DNA of 63,372 nt, filler included, from Globobulimina sp. (Eukaryota), in the NCBI GenBank assembly GCA_003354225.1. It is 24 parts of 24 records of this genome, joined end to end, with 100 filler letters (N's around TTAATTAATTAA, not from the genome) between each part and the next. Parts side by side here need not be neighbours in the genome. Positions count along the whole stretch, not along the records: positions 10,585 to 13,130 come from PIVH01006070.1; positions 13,231 to 15,775 come from PIVH01006071.1; positions 15,876 to 18,420 come from PIVH01006072.1; positions 18,521 to 21,065 come from PIVH01006073.1; positions 21,166 to 23,710 come from PIVH01006074.1; 19 more parts are not named here. One strand, written 5' to 3'. The position numbers and the translations under genes were made by a program. How positions within the stretch are numbered: position 1 is the stretch's first letter; the number at the start of each line of letters is the position of its first letter. The notes below the pieces were generated by a model. That model worked only from the letters and a program-made list of their open reading frames with translations. It was not told where the DNA came from and did not search any database. Below are positions 11,083 to 21,336 of the stretch, piece by piece.

Positions 11083-12615
11083 ATGTCGATTCCATTCATG
11101 TCATTCAATTACAATCCAAATAATGGTCGAACGCACTCAGTGCAGATTGGAAGCGGAGCAGTCGACATTTTATTGAGTACCGACGAACAAACGATAAAAA
11201 ATCACCATCCACACACAAACAGTTCAGAGAATAACAAGAAAAAAAGCAGTAAATGCAGGAAAAAACGGAAAATAAAAGCGAAAAAAAGGAAAAAGTCAAA
11301 GTCTAAACGAACAAAACATAATCATAACAAAGATAGGCCACAAAATAAAGAAATAGAGGCAATAATATGCACAGACCATTGTGAGGAGGACAGCGAAGGG
11401 GATAACAATGTGGACGTTGATGAGTGTGATGATGAGAAGGATTTATCCGATACGGATGGTGATATCCACGCAAATGAGCTATCCATCACCATGGTGGCCT
11501 GTCCATTTTGCGCCTGTATGAATGCACAATATTTGTCATATTGCGATCAATGTAAAAAATCATTGACTCCAAAGGACAGCAACAGTGCTAAAATAGAGCC
11601 AATCGAGAAACTAGAATCGCATAAAAAAGCAAAAAAGAATAAAAAGCCTAAACACAAGAAGCAGAAACATAAAAAAAAGAAATTGGATTATTGGACATGT
11701 GCTCAATGCACATATCACAATCAAGGCAAGTTTGGCTGCTGTCAAATGTGCGCATCATCCAAAAACGAAGCGAAATTCTCGACAAAATGCACCAAAAAAT
11801 CCAAGAAAAAGAAAAACAAAAAGAACGCGAAAAAAAGAGTGAGTGTAACATGTGCAGCAAACCCGAAATCTGTACATGTGGCGGCAAACTCTGATGATAT
11901 TCAAAGCGTTTCCATTCAAAGCAAACCCAAGAACGCTTTGAAAAGCTTGAATCCCAACGCAAAAGAATTCATTTTGAATACAAATACAAATAATTCAAAT
12001 TGCAATATACAGCAACAGCACAATACAAATAATAATCGCTATAACAACAATAATAATAATCACTACAACAATTATCATAATAATAATAACTATGGGACAT
12101 ATCCAAACCATTCGCCATCGCGTCGCTTGACTGTGATACCGCGATTGCAAATAGCTGTGAATCCTGAACCAGATTATTCGCATTCACCCCGACATCATAC
12201 ATATCGCCAACAAGAATATAATAAGGCACCCAATCATAACCACAATAATAACCGTCATATTCCGCCTCGGTTTCACGTGCAATCTCCACCGTTGTTTACA
12301 CAGAGCGAAGGCGAACGAGGTGAAAGATGCAGCGATCCCGATATGACCGGTACAAATAATTCATATTCGAAGATAAATATTTCATTGATCGCACCCATAC
12401 TGCCACCACCGCCCACTCCCTCTATTTCTATCAGTGTTTCTGCGAATGCATTGTCGCAAATACCTGCTACGGATCTACAGAAGCAACTGTCTGATATGGA
12501 GGCCAATGTACAGGAACAATTACAAGTTTTGGATACTTTGTTCCCTGCGATTAAGCCCGATCTCACGCAGGAAATACAAAGTATGCAGCAAAATATTGCT
12601 ATGAATAATATATAA
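11083..12615 (+). CDS. Lys-rich protein with two RanBP2-type zinc fingers and a PAM2 motif
   Basis: CPFCACMN...CDQC and WTCAQCTYHN...CCQMC fingers, PAM2-like SLNPNAKEFIL, Asn/His-rich low complexity. Start codon uncertain. Confidence 0.75.
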   Translation: MSIPFMSFNYNPNNGRTHSVQIGSGAVDILLSTDEQTIKNHHPHTNSSENNKKKSSKCRKKRKIKAKKRKKSKSKRTKHNHNKDRPQNKEIEAIICTDHCEEDSEGDNNVDVDECDDEKDLSDTDGDIHANELSITMVACPFCACMNAQYLSYCDQCKKSLTPKDSNSAKIEPIEKLESHKKAKKNKKPKHKKQKHKKKKLDYWTCAQCTYHNQGKFGCCQMCASSKNEAKFSTKCTKKSKKKKNKKNAKKRVSVTCAANPKSVHVAANSDDIQSVSIQSKPKNALKSLNPNAKEFILNTNTNNSNCNIQQQHNTNNNRYNNNNNNHYNNYHNNNNYGTYPNHSPSRRLTVIPRLQIAVNPEPDYSHSPRHHTYRQQEYNKAPNHNHNNNRHIPPRFHVQSPPLFTQSEGERGERCSDPDMTGTNNSYSKINISLIAPILPPPPTPSISISVSANALSQIPATDLQKQLSDMEANVQEQLQVLDTLFPAIKPDLTQEIQSMQQNIAMNNI

Positions 12616-12931
12616 TTTATAAGTTTGACTATTTTATATAGCTACATTATTTTGTATGCATTGTGTTCTTTTTTTTTTGTTTGTTTTCCATTTCCATTTC
12701 CATTTTCATATCGTATCATATATCAATTTATAGTATCATAATTATTAAAATATTGTAATATTTTTTGTATTGTTCTTGTGCATTTTCAAACTTATGTTAT
12801 TAAGTACTTTTCTTTTTTATTGCATTTATTGCAATCGTTTTTATATTATTTACAATCTTACCAAACTTTCAAGTTCTATTAAATAATAAAATGTAAAATA
12901 AAAAAACTCTTAGTTCTATTAAATTTACGAA

Positions 12932-13130
12932 ATGGCAACGGTACGCCAAACTCATGTGATACCGACTATGATTATAACCGGAGCAGCTGGCGGGATTGGC
13001 CAAGGCATTGCTATTTCAGTTGCATCAATGAAATGTTATAAATTAGCTCTCATCGATATTAAAAGTTGTGCTAAAACAATAGAATTTTGTCGTGCTGTTA
13101 GCGAATTTGTTGAAATAAAGAGTTATAAAA
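12932..13130 (+). CDS. Short-chain dehydrogenase/reductase, N-terminal fragment
   Basis: IITGAAGGIGQGIA Rossmann motif followed by LALIDI. Confidence 0.8.
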
Positions 13131-13230
13131 NNNNNNNNNNNNNNNNNNNNNNNNNNNNNNNNNNNNNNNNNNNNTTAATTAATTAANNNNNNNNNNNNNN
13201 NNNNNNNNNNNNNNNNNNNNNNNNNNNNNN

Positions 13231-13452
13231 CTCAAGCTGATTGTGCTGCTCACGGCAAAAATGATCGGAGCGGAGATCTGCTCCCTATGGCTGATCGATG
13301 AAAATGAAAACCCGCCGAAAATCCGCCTTAAAGCCACCCAGGCCATTGAACCGGTTTACGTAAAAGACCGGGCTTTAAATCTGAATGAAGGGGTTGTCGG
13401 GCATGTTGTGACAACCAAAAAACCTTTGGTTATCAAAAATGTGATGCGCAGC
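13231..13452 (+). CDS. Bacterial GAF-domain fragment (resembles GAF-ANTAR regulators)
   Basis: LKLIVLLTAKMIGAEICSLWLIDE...LNEGVVGHVVTTKKPLVIKNV. Higher GC than the rest of the contig, and it breaks mid-domain into AT-rich DNA. Confidence 0.75.
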
Positions 13453-13819
13453 TAGCTGCCTTGAAAAAATAACATAAAATTTAATATTGCATCTTGTATT
13501 AATATTGGATTGCTATACTTGCTCTTTTTTTGTTGAATAATTTAAGTTTATTTTGTTTGTAAATTAATACGGCAATAAGCATGTTTTTATATAAATAGAT
13601 GTTGTAAAACGTTCAGTAGCACTCAGTTCGGAGTTTTTGACACTTTTTAACTCGGTACATATACTGTATCATAATTCATAACTCTGCGCATGTACCGTTA
13701 CAAAATTTGCGGCCTTGAAAGGTATAAATCATAAATGAAACATGTGTTGACTTTAATGACATTTTGGCTGTGCTCAATTCAGCGCCTTACAAAGAGAACC
13801 AAGCTTAAGTGAATTCGAA

Positions 13820-14773
13820 TCAGTCTTGTCCAATTAATTGAAATGTCGAGATTGGAACCTCAAACAACTCACCACTCATATTAGTAAATTGTAGCGCACC
13901 GTACATTTTGCCCTTTTTAGTGGCTATAAAGGTGCCTGAGCCATAAACAAAGATATCGCCCGGATTTAACTGTGGCTGCAAGCCAACAACGCCAGGCTGG
14001 AATCTTTGCAGCACCTCCTTATTATTCTGCTGATCCACAATGACCCAATGCCGGCCAAGTATTTGCACCCACGAATGTCCATGGTTTTCAATCCTTAATT
14101 TGTATGCAAATGAATAGGGTTTAAACTCATCATTGCCAACCACTGCTGGTATAAAAGCGGATGTTGCTATGATGCGAATTCCATTTGCTTCCGATACGGA
14201 GGTACACGCGTTGATTCTCCTTTGTTTATCAAACTCTTTCAACACATTAAAACCATCATTGATTAACTCATTTATCCGATTTATGTCCGTCTCACTCCGA
14301 TATTGGCTAAATATTGCATGTACAGTCAGTTTTAGCCGATGATAATCATATTCATTGATGATGTTATTCTGCTTAGTTTTGCTGTAAATTGATGACGATT
14401 TTGGTGTGGTATTTGTGGCTATGTTTTGTTTCAATTTCTCTTCATTTGTAACTGGATCATAACCATGATCGAAATACGGATTTTTGATGTAATCCGGATA
14501 GTATTCGCCATGTAACTTATTTTCACTGTCTTTCTCATTCCATTGTGAAGGGTGAAATGGATATTTATTGTCTATGAAGTCATGCACCGAGGCTGGCAAT
14601 ATTTGTTGTAATAAGTCGGCGTCGTATTTAATATCATGCATTGCGCCCTTTCCCCACCAATCCACACTCGCTTCCCCTTGAAAGCGAAACAAATGTTGCT
14701 TTGTATTGGTGGCTAAGCGTGCTTTACGCAGCAAAGACCTGTACAAATGTAACACGATTGGTCTCATTGACAT
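13820..14773 (-). CDS. LYR-motif plus ApaG-domain protein
   Basis: N-terminal VLHLYRSLLRKAR. C-terminal ApaG motifs FAYKLRIEN, QILGRHWVI, GVVGLQPQLNPGDIFVYGSG, GKMYG. Confidence 0.85.
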   Translation of the reverse strand: MSMRPIVLHLYRSLLRKARLATNTKQHLFRFQGEASVDWWGKGAMHDIKYDADLLQQILPASVHDFIDNKYPFHPSQWNEKDSENKLHGEYYPDYIKNPYFDHGYDPVTNEEKLKQNIATNTTPKSSSIYSKTKQNNIINEYDYHRLKLTVHAIFSQYRSETDINRINELINDGFNVLKEFDKQRRINACTSVSEANGIRIIATSAFIPAVVGNDEFKPYSFAYKLRIENHGHSWVQILGRHWVIVDQQNNKEVLQRFQPGVVGLQPQLNPGDIFVYGSGTFIATKKGKMYGALQFTNMSGELFEVPISTFQLIGQD

Positions 14774-14811
14774 TAATTTTCCAGAAACTTCTGTCCTCAA
14801 AAAAACATTGC

Positions 14812-15693
14812 ATGTCCAGAATGATGGCAAGAGCCATACTACGCCACCAATCTCAACACACATTGCACAGAACGCAGTGTATATTGTTTTCGAGCAAAAA
14901 AAGGAAACTACCAAAGACGTGGAAGCCAACCACGACGATGTTTGTGGCAGACGCCAAGAATCCGGGCCAATACGTCTTGTCCAAGTCACATAATCTCAAA
15001 TACGAATATGATTCGTCGGAAGGCCAAGAAGGCGGAAAGACAGCGTCAGATTCGCCGTCATTGATAGATGAAATAGAGACTGCGTTGGAGGACGACGTAG
15101 AACAAGAAAAGTCCGACGATGTCAGATTTGTGGAAAACTACAGATTTGTGCTGGTGTCGTTGATCGGAATGGTGATTGTCGGATTGGGTGGCTTTTGTTT
15201 GGGGTTTACCAGAATTACACTAAACGACACCGAGAACACTGCAAACACTGAGAAACGGAGCTACTTTTTGTCCGCATTAAAAGGCGATGAATCTGTGGTG
15301 AAAAAGAGACACAAAACATATGCGAATATCATATTGAATTTGCAACAGAATGGAAGTGACTGTGTTATGCTAGACAGCAATCAGAGATATCAAAATAAGA
15401 AAGATCGCGACACCAAATACTTGCGACTGTTGGAGGCGAATGAAATGAATGTGGATAAGAAGGCATTTGAAGAGAAATTGCGCGATAAAGTGCTGGGTAT
15501 TAACTGGTCAGTGATTGATTTGTCCGAGTTCGAAATGGATGATATCTGCGATGCACACTGGGATTTGAGCAAATATGTCGATGATATCCGAGAGGATGAC
15601 ATTCATCTCAAGTTTCTGCCGCCTCTCGACAGCTTAAGATATGGCGAGGCGAAGACACAGAAATTAATGTGGCTGTATTCCAATAAAAGTTAG
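14812..15693 (+). CDS. Hypothetical single-pass membrane protein, probably mitochondrial
   Basis: Arg/Ser-rich, acid-free N-terminus (MSRMMARAILRHQSQ...FSSKKRK) and one TM segment (FVLVSLIGMVIVGLGGFCLGF). Confidence 0.6.
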   Translation: MSRMMARAILRHQSQHTLHRTQCILFSSKKRKLPKTWKPTTTMFVADAKNPGQYVLSKSHNLKYEYDSSEGQEGGKTASDSPSLIDEIETALEDDVEQEKSDDVRFVENYRFVLVSLIGMVIVGLGGFCLGFTRITLNDTENTANTEKRSYFLSALKGDESVVKKRHKTYANIILNLQQNGSDCVMLDSNQRYQNKKDRDTKYLRLLEANEMNVDKKAFEEKLRDKVLGINWSVIDLSEFEMDDICDAHWDLSKYVDDIREDDIHLKFLPPLDSLRYGEAKTQKLMWLYSNKS

Positions 15694-16989
15694 TTGGAGT
15701 TCTAATTAATTCTCCTTAATATATTTAATTATATAATATTTAGTTTTGGAGTGGTTTCAAGTCGTAATGTCGTTCNNNNNNNNNNNNNNNNNNNNNNNNN
15801 NNNNNNNNNNNNNNNNNNNTTAATTAATTAANNNNNNNNNNNNNNNNNNNNNNNNNNNNNNNNNNNNNNNNNNNNAAAACATGAAATGTTAATACAAAAA
15901 CAAAAAAAATTAACAAATAAAAAGGTAAATTTGGTATATTAGATACATTAGAATCTATGCAGTTAAATGGCATTAGGTTTATTAATAAAGAAAAACAAAA
16001 AAAAACAAAATAAAAAATATACATTAATAAAACTAGTATTATTTTTTTTATTATTTTACTTTACTTTTTTACTTTTTTCTCGATATTTAGTATTTATTTA
16101 ATGCTAAAAATCTTTGGTAGATAGAATTAATATGACATCTACAATTTTTATTATTCAATTTTGTTATTTTTTTACTTTTCACCCTGTACCACCTTACCAA
16201 TGATAACCAATCAAATTTAATTGCTACCAACTAAATAAATTATTTTTTTCCTTTATTTTATCTTTTTACAATTTTTATTTTAATTTATTCCATTCTATTT
16301 TATGTAATTTATTCCCTAATTCTCCCCTTTTGTGTGTATTAGAATTATTTAAAAGAAATCAATGTGGAGCAATATTATTTAAACAAAAAATCTATTTATG
16401 TTTAATCTGTTTACTTTCGTTTTTATCTTTGGAATGTATACCTATAGTTTCTGCATTTGTAAACATTGTTTAGTTATTCATGCAACAGCTATGTGTTATT
16501 ATATGTGACGTAAAAACCACATATTTAATAAATCCCTTGTGGATAAGCAATAACGTGAATTTTTGATTGTGTGTAATTAAATTTATATATCACTTGCAGT
16601 CCCCCATAGGCTTGGACCATCGAAAAAAAACAGTATGATTTATTCGTAAAATTTATGTCAATAAAATAAATAAATAAATCAACAAAATAAATAATTTTGT
16701 TCATTTTTTTGTTGTATAATTGCGAATATACCACAGACCAAACTTACATTAATTGCGAATATAACACAGAATAATATTAAACCACACATTCATCACAGTA
16801 AAATCACTAAATTGTAAAATCACTCTCTCAAATAATGCATACTCTGCGCTGTCAGAACAACTTTTTTTTTTCTTTTTTTTTCTTTTTTTCTATTATCAGA
16901 ATCCTCTGAATTACTATTACTTCTTTACCTAAATAAAACATTTAATAATATTAAATATAAAATATATTGGATACAAAGGAAACATACAT

Positions 16990-17460
16990 TTTACTGTCAG
17001 AAGACTCCGAAGACGTCGTAGGCGCAGGGGTAGGTACAGATGTACATGATTTACATTCACATTATCCAATTACATTCATCTGGAAAACACCAGTGACGAT
17101 ACCTTCGGGATGTCCAGGTACTGCATATACATCCACTTGAATATAATATTCCACATAATTGTAGCATAATTGTCGTTACTTTTGTCGTCATTTGCTTTTA
17201 CCAATGTAAATGTGCTAAACTCACCACAATCAGTGGCAGTATATACCGCTATAACACACCATTTCTAATTCTAATTCAGATGCTGTTACTTTGTACACAG
17301 CAATTTTGTACATTTGGGTAACCATCACACCATGCATTTTGATCCCCATTTGGACCTCTACAATCAGTGATATTTGGTCTTATTTCATTGGTTTGATTGG
17401 TGCCCGATTGCATGACATGAGCCTTCTTCCATTCCCGCGACATTCATTGAAGGGTACCTA
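16990..17460 (-). pseudogene. Decayed gene for a secreted-type domain (AVYTATDCGEFSTFTLVKANDD) with PTPAPT tail
   Basis: Manual translation needs frame changes and passes an in-frame TAA: ...QNAWCDGYPNVQN / YKVTASELELE / VIAVYTATDCGEFSTFTLVKANDD...YYIQVDVY...GVFQMNVIG*CECKSCTSVPTPAPT. Boundaries approximate. Confidence 0.6.
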
Positions 17461-17719
17461 ATCGAGTTGACATTAGAATACAGAATACTGTTTTTTTCAA
17501 AAACGCTTTGACACTAGAATACTGTCAGAGTGCACTAGTTTAGTTTAGGATATTTTTTTAAAGAGTTGTGGGTGGAGGTGAGGTGGGTTAAACAGAAAAA
17601 ATAAGTTTTTTCCTTGGAAAATAGATTTTTACGATAAAGCAAAAATGCCTAATCGACCCCGATATGAATCAACTTGAATGTAATATTCTTATGTTTCACA
17701 CTCAGTAAAAGGAAAAATA

Positions 17720-17890
17720 TGGGCAGCGCCATCACAGCCCGCATCATCATTTGCTTTGATAAAAGTAAATGTGCTGAAATTTGCACAATCAGTAACAGTA
17801 TAAACAGCTAATTGTGTATCAAGACATTTTCCTGAATACCTAACCATTTTTAATTTTAATTCTAATTCAAATGCGGTTATTTTGTACCAA
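17720..17890 (-). pseudogene. Second decayed copy of the same domain (LDTQLAVYTVTDCANFSTFTFIKANDD)
   Basis: Clear nucleotide and peptide similarity to 17190-17300. Disrupted frame; boundaries approximate. Confidence 0.6.
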
Positions 17891-18522
17891 ATGTGTTTTG
17901 AGTATCAGAATCGCCGCTGTCGCCGCACCTGGCCGTTATTTCACCTGACTTAATGGTAGTGTCATCCGTCAAATCTTCAAAACTTTAAGAAGCAATTTCC
18001 TCTCTACCCCACTAAAAACTAACCATCCCCTCGTTACATTTTCGACGAGTGTACAAACGATAGGTATATCAACCGGTGCATGTGCCTCTCAATTGCTGGT
18101 GATAAGCGGATGCGGCGTTCTCGCGTAGTATGCTGCACATAAGAATATAGATTGGTGTTGTTGGAGTTTACACGAGGATGGTATATATTACAAAAAATTG
18201 CTCGTTTAAATAAGTTCAAATCAAGTTCAAAAAATTGCTCGTGTGGTGAATGAAATTGGTTAATTTTTATGGACGTGGAGCTGGGGATTGATTCCCTTGT
18301 ACTTTAGATGGATTTATGTTAATATTAAAGTTTTGAATGAATGAATAATATGATTAATAATCAATTATAATTATTATATAATTATGGTATTAAAACGCAA
18401 AATCGCAGTAAATATTGAAANNNNNNNNNNNNNNNNNNNNNNNNNNNNNNNNNNNNNNNNNNNNTTAATTAATTAANNNNNNNNNNNNNNNNNNNNNNNN
18501 NNNNNNNNNNNNNNNNNNNNCA

Positions 18523-19362
18523 ACCAATATACCAACCAATATACCAACCAATATACCAACCAATATACCAACCAATATACCAACCACAGCTCCAACATTA
18601 AACCCAACACTGTCCCCAACCGATAATCTTGCTCTAAGGGCGGCAAGCAATCACTCACTATCTCCAACATTATTTCCTACCGAAAATCCAACAAAGTCTG
18701 CAACCACTCCATCACCAACAAATAACCCAATATCAGCTGCACAAACATCAGAGGAACCGAGAGTCAATACATCACATTCACCATCAACAATATCTCCAAT
18801 AAATACATTGATCACTACCCAAAGTGTACAGGATATAACAGAAGTAAATACTGCAGGTATACTGGTATACGTCTTTGTTGCTATTTATATTCGATGTATA
18901 TTTTATATTTTGTAAGGCGTCTATGTGATATTATTTTATGCTGCATTTGGATTTGCGATCTTTTTATTGTTTGGATTTGCAACAGTCTGTTATTGCAGAA
19001 ACAAGCCAAGCAAACATGTTGTTCATCATACATATGATCGACATAAAGCGACTCAAATAACTCATTTTGAAACGGAGAGCAGAACGCATAACACAGTGTT
19101 GAGTACCAGCGATGAGGAGGTATTGGAAGGGCAATGGGGAGGACATATTGCAAAGTTGAATAAAATGAAAGCGACAGACAGCATAATAACTTATATCACT
19201 GAGATGAAAGATATTGATATCGAGGATGACATAGAAACGAATGCATTGCAATTGCACAATATATTGCAGTTTCAGCAGCAAGATAGTTACATTATGGATG
19301 GTATTATTTATGAAATGCAACAACCAGGAAACAAATATGTTAATTATAATTATCACCAATAA
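18523..19362 (+). CDS. Mucin-like (PT-rich) single-pass surface protein, 5'-truncated; intron 18857-18916
   Basis: 12-bp tandem repeat (CCAACCAATATA) at 18521-18586 encodes PTNI. PT stalk, then TM VYVILFYAAFGFAIFLLFGFATVCYC after splicing. Confidence 0.75.
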
Positions 19363-19509
19363 ATAACATATTAAAATTCTTTTTATCTCCTCTTTTTTTA
19401 TGTTTTTTTTTTGTTTGTTCATACTTGTTTTTTTATATTTAATTTTTTAAATTTTTGTTTGTTCATATTTTGTATTAAATTGCATTGTTATTTTTAGGTT
19501 GAATTGCAA

Positions 19510-19739
19510 AGTAAGTATACCGGTCAAAACAAAACACATTATAAAACATAATAAAACACATCGTAAAACAACATAAAACAAATTGTAAAACCCCCAAAAT
19601 AATTATAAAAAATAAAACAATTTCTGAAACATAGTAAAACTTTTGACAAAACACAGCAAAACACAATATAAAACATAACAAAACAAATTATAAAACAATT
19701 AATAAAACACTGTGTTTTGTTTTCACCGGTATACTTACT
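19510..19739. mobile_element. MITE-like element, 230 bp, with 29-bp terminal inverted repeats
   Basis: AGTAAGTATACCGGTCAAAACAAAACACA (19510-19538) matches the reverse complement of 19711-19739 with one mismatch. Interior is AAAAC-rich; no clear TSD. Confidence 0.7.
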
Positions 19740-20233
19740 AAGAAGATTAGGGAAAATTAATAAATTAATAAGTAAGATTATGGATAAAAGAAGATTAGAG
19801 ATAAAAGAAGATAAATAAGGAAGTAAAATTAATATAAATAGATTTAAATGTTATTAGATGGCAATTCTTCATTGTTATCATGATATACTTGCACATTTTA
19901 AATAGCGACCAGACAAAAACATACAAAACATTACAAACAAAGTTTACGAATTAAATTATTTCCACCCTAATACTATCCTATACTAATACTATTATATATG
20001 TCAATATAAACATCTTGAGATTGTCGAATTAATCTAACACGCGAATGATGGAAATGATTGGAAGGGAACAAGCGAATTGTGAGGAAGAAAAAACTGTTTT
20101 ATATTAGCTTACTCCGTGAAAACCCGTGTTGCTAACTGACATCAGCTGCATTTTCCACACTGTCAATTCTATTATGATTTCATAATTATCACCCAACAAA
20201 AATAGAAACTTTGCCATTCATTAGCATAACAAA

Positions 20234-21065
20234 ATGCTCTTAAGAAACTCAAAGAGAACACGTTCGCGGAAATCCAGCAAGGCTCAACCTTCAAAATCTG
20301 TGACTCAAAGTGGAGTGAATTCCCCAGCACCATCAGATAGCTTCTACCACAAACATCGTCAGGACACTGTAAACAAAGGAGGCGAAAAATTACAAACAAT
20401 TAAATTATCATTATTTGATGCTTCATTGCTATCAAGCAAAGAGTTTGATGCATCAAATGTAAAACAAATTGGTGTTTATCACAAAATGAGAGTATCAGAG
20501 TTAAAACGAATCATCCAAACTATATTTCATTTGCCTAATAATGTTGAAATTATTGGTATAAAATCATATAAAAATGGAGAATGTCTTATTCCATTGTCAT
20601 ATTTATCAAATAATCCAGATTCATTATTATCAGCCCACACAAAAGAAGAAATGTATCAATTAATTTTGGACAAACCACTATCAATTTCATCAATATCCAG
20701 ATGGAAGGTATTATGGCAAACCGTAAAAACAAATGTTGGGAGATTTTGGAAACTCTTGATCTTGATTGTATTCCCAATGATATTCTTAATCTATAAAATG
20801 AAATTGTATCCATGGCTCATTGTTTACTATTTAATTCATATCATATTATCACCATTTTTAGTGACATTATACCGTAATGGACCATCGTTTTCTATATTAA
20901 ATATGACCATTGGTTTCTGGAATGGCATGGATAATGCATCGATATGTGCACTTCTTTCCGGTCATACTGCAATATTTTGGTCTAAAAATGCAGAAGAATG
21001 TGAAAAAATGGTTGGTAATAAACAGAATGGATTTATATTGATGATTGAATTTTTCTTCTATCTCT
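20234..21065 (+). CDS. Hypothetical membrane protein, 3'-truncated
   Basis: Long ORF with two TM segments followed by LYRNGPS...GFWNG...ICA...FW...C. Confidence 0.65.
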
Positions 21066-21336
21066 NNNNNNNNNNNNNNNNNNNNNNNNNNNNNNNNNNN
21101 NNNNNNNNNTTAATTAATTAANNNNNNNNNNNNNNNNNNNNNNNNNNNNNNNNNNNNNNNNNNNNCAGTTAAAAAAAAAAATGCGTGTTTTTCAGTGTAT
21201 ATTATTGCGTATAATATAATATTTTATAAACCAAAAAAAAAACAAATTAAAAAGCTAAAATGATGATATTCTGTAAACACACAAACAAAACATCTAAAAA
21301 ATAAATAGCGAATATGCGTATGAATAATGATTTTAT

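Noticed and set aside
18022-18182. Possible small MITE (ACCATCCCCTCGT ... ACGAGGATGGT)
   Set aside because: The inverted repeat is short and gapped and has no TSD; insufficient support.
18521-18586. Telomere-like C/A-rich repeat at a contig end
   Set aside because: It is a 12-bp coding repeat (PTNI) in frame with a mucin-like protein.
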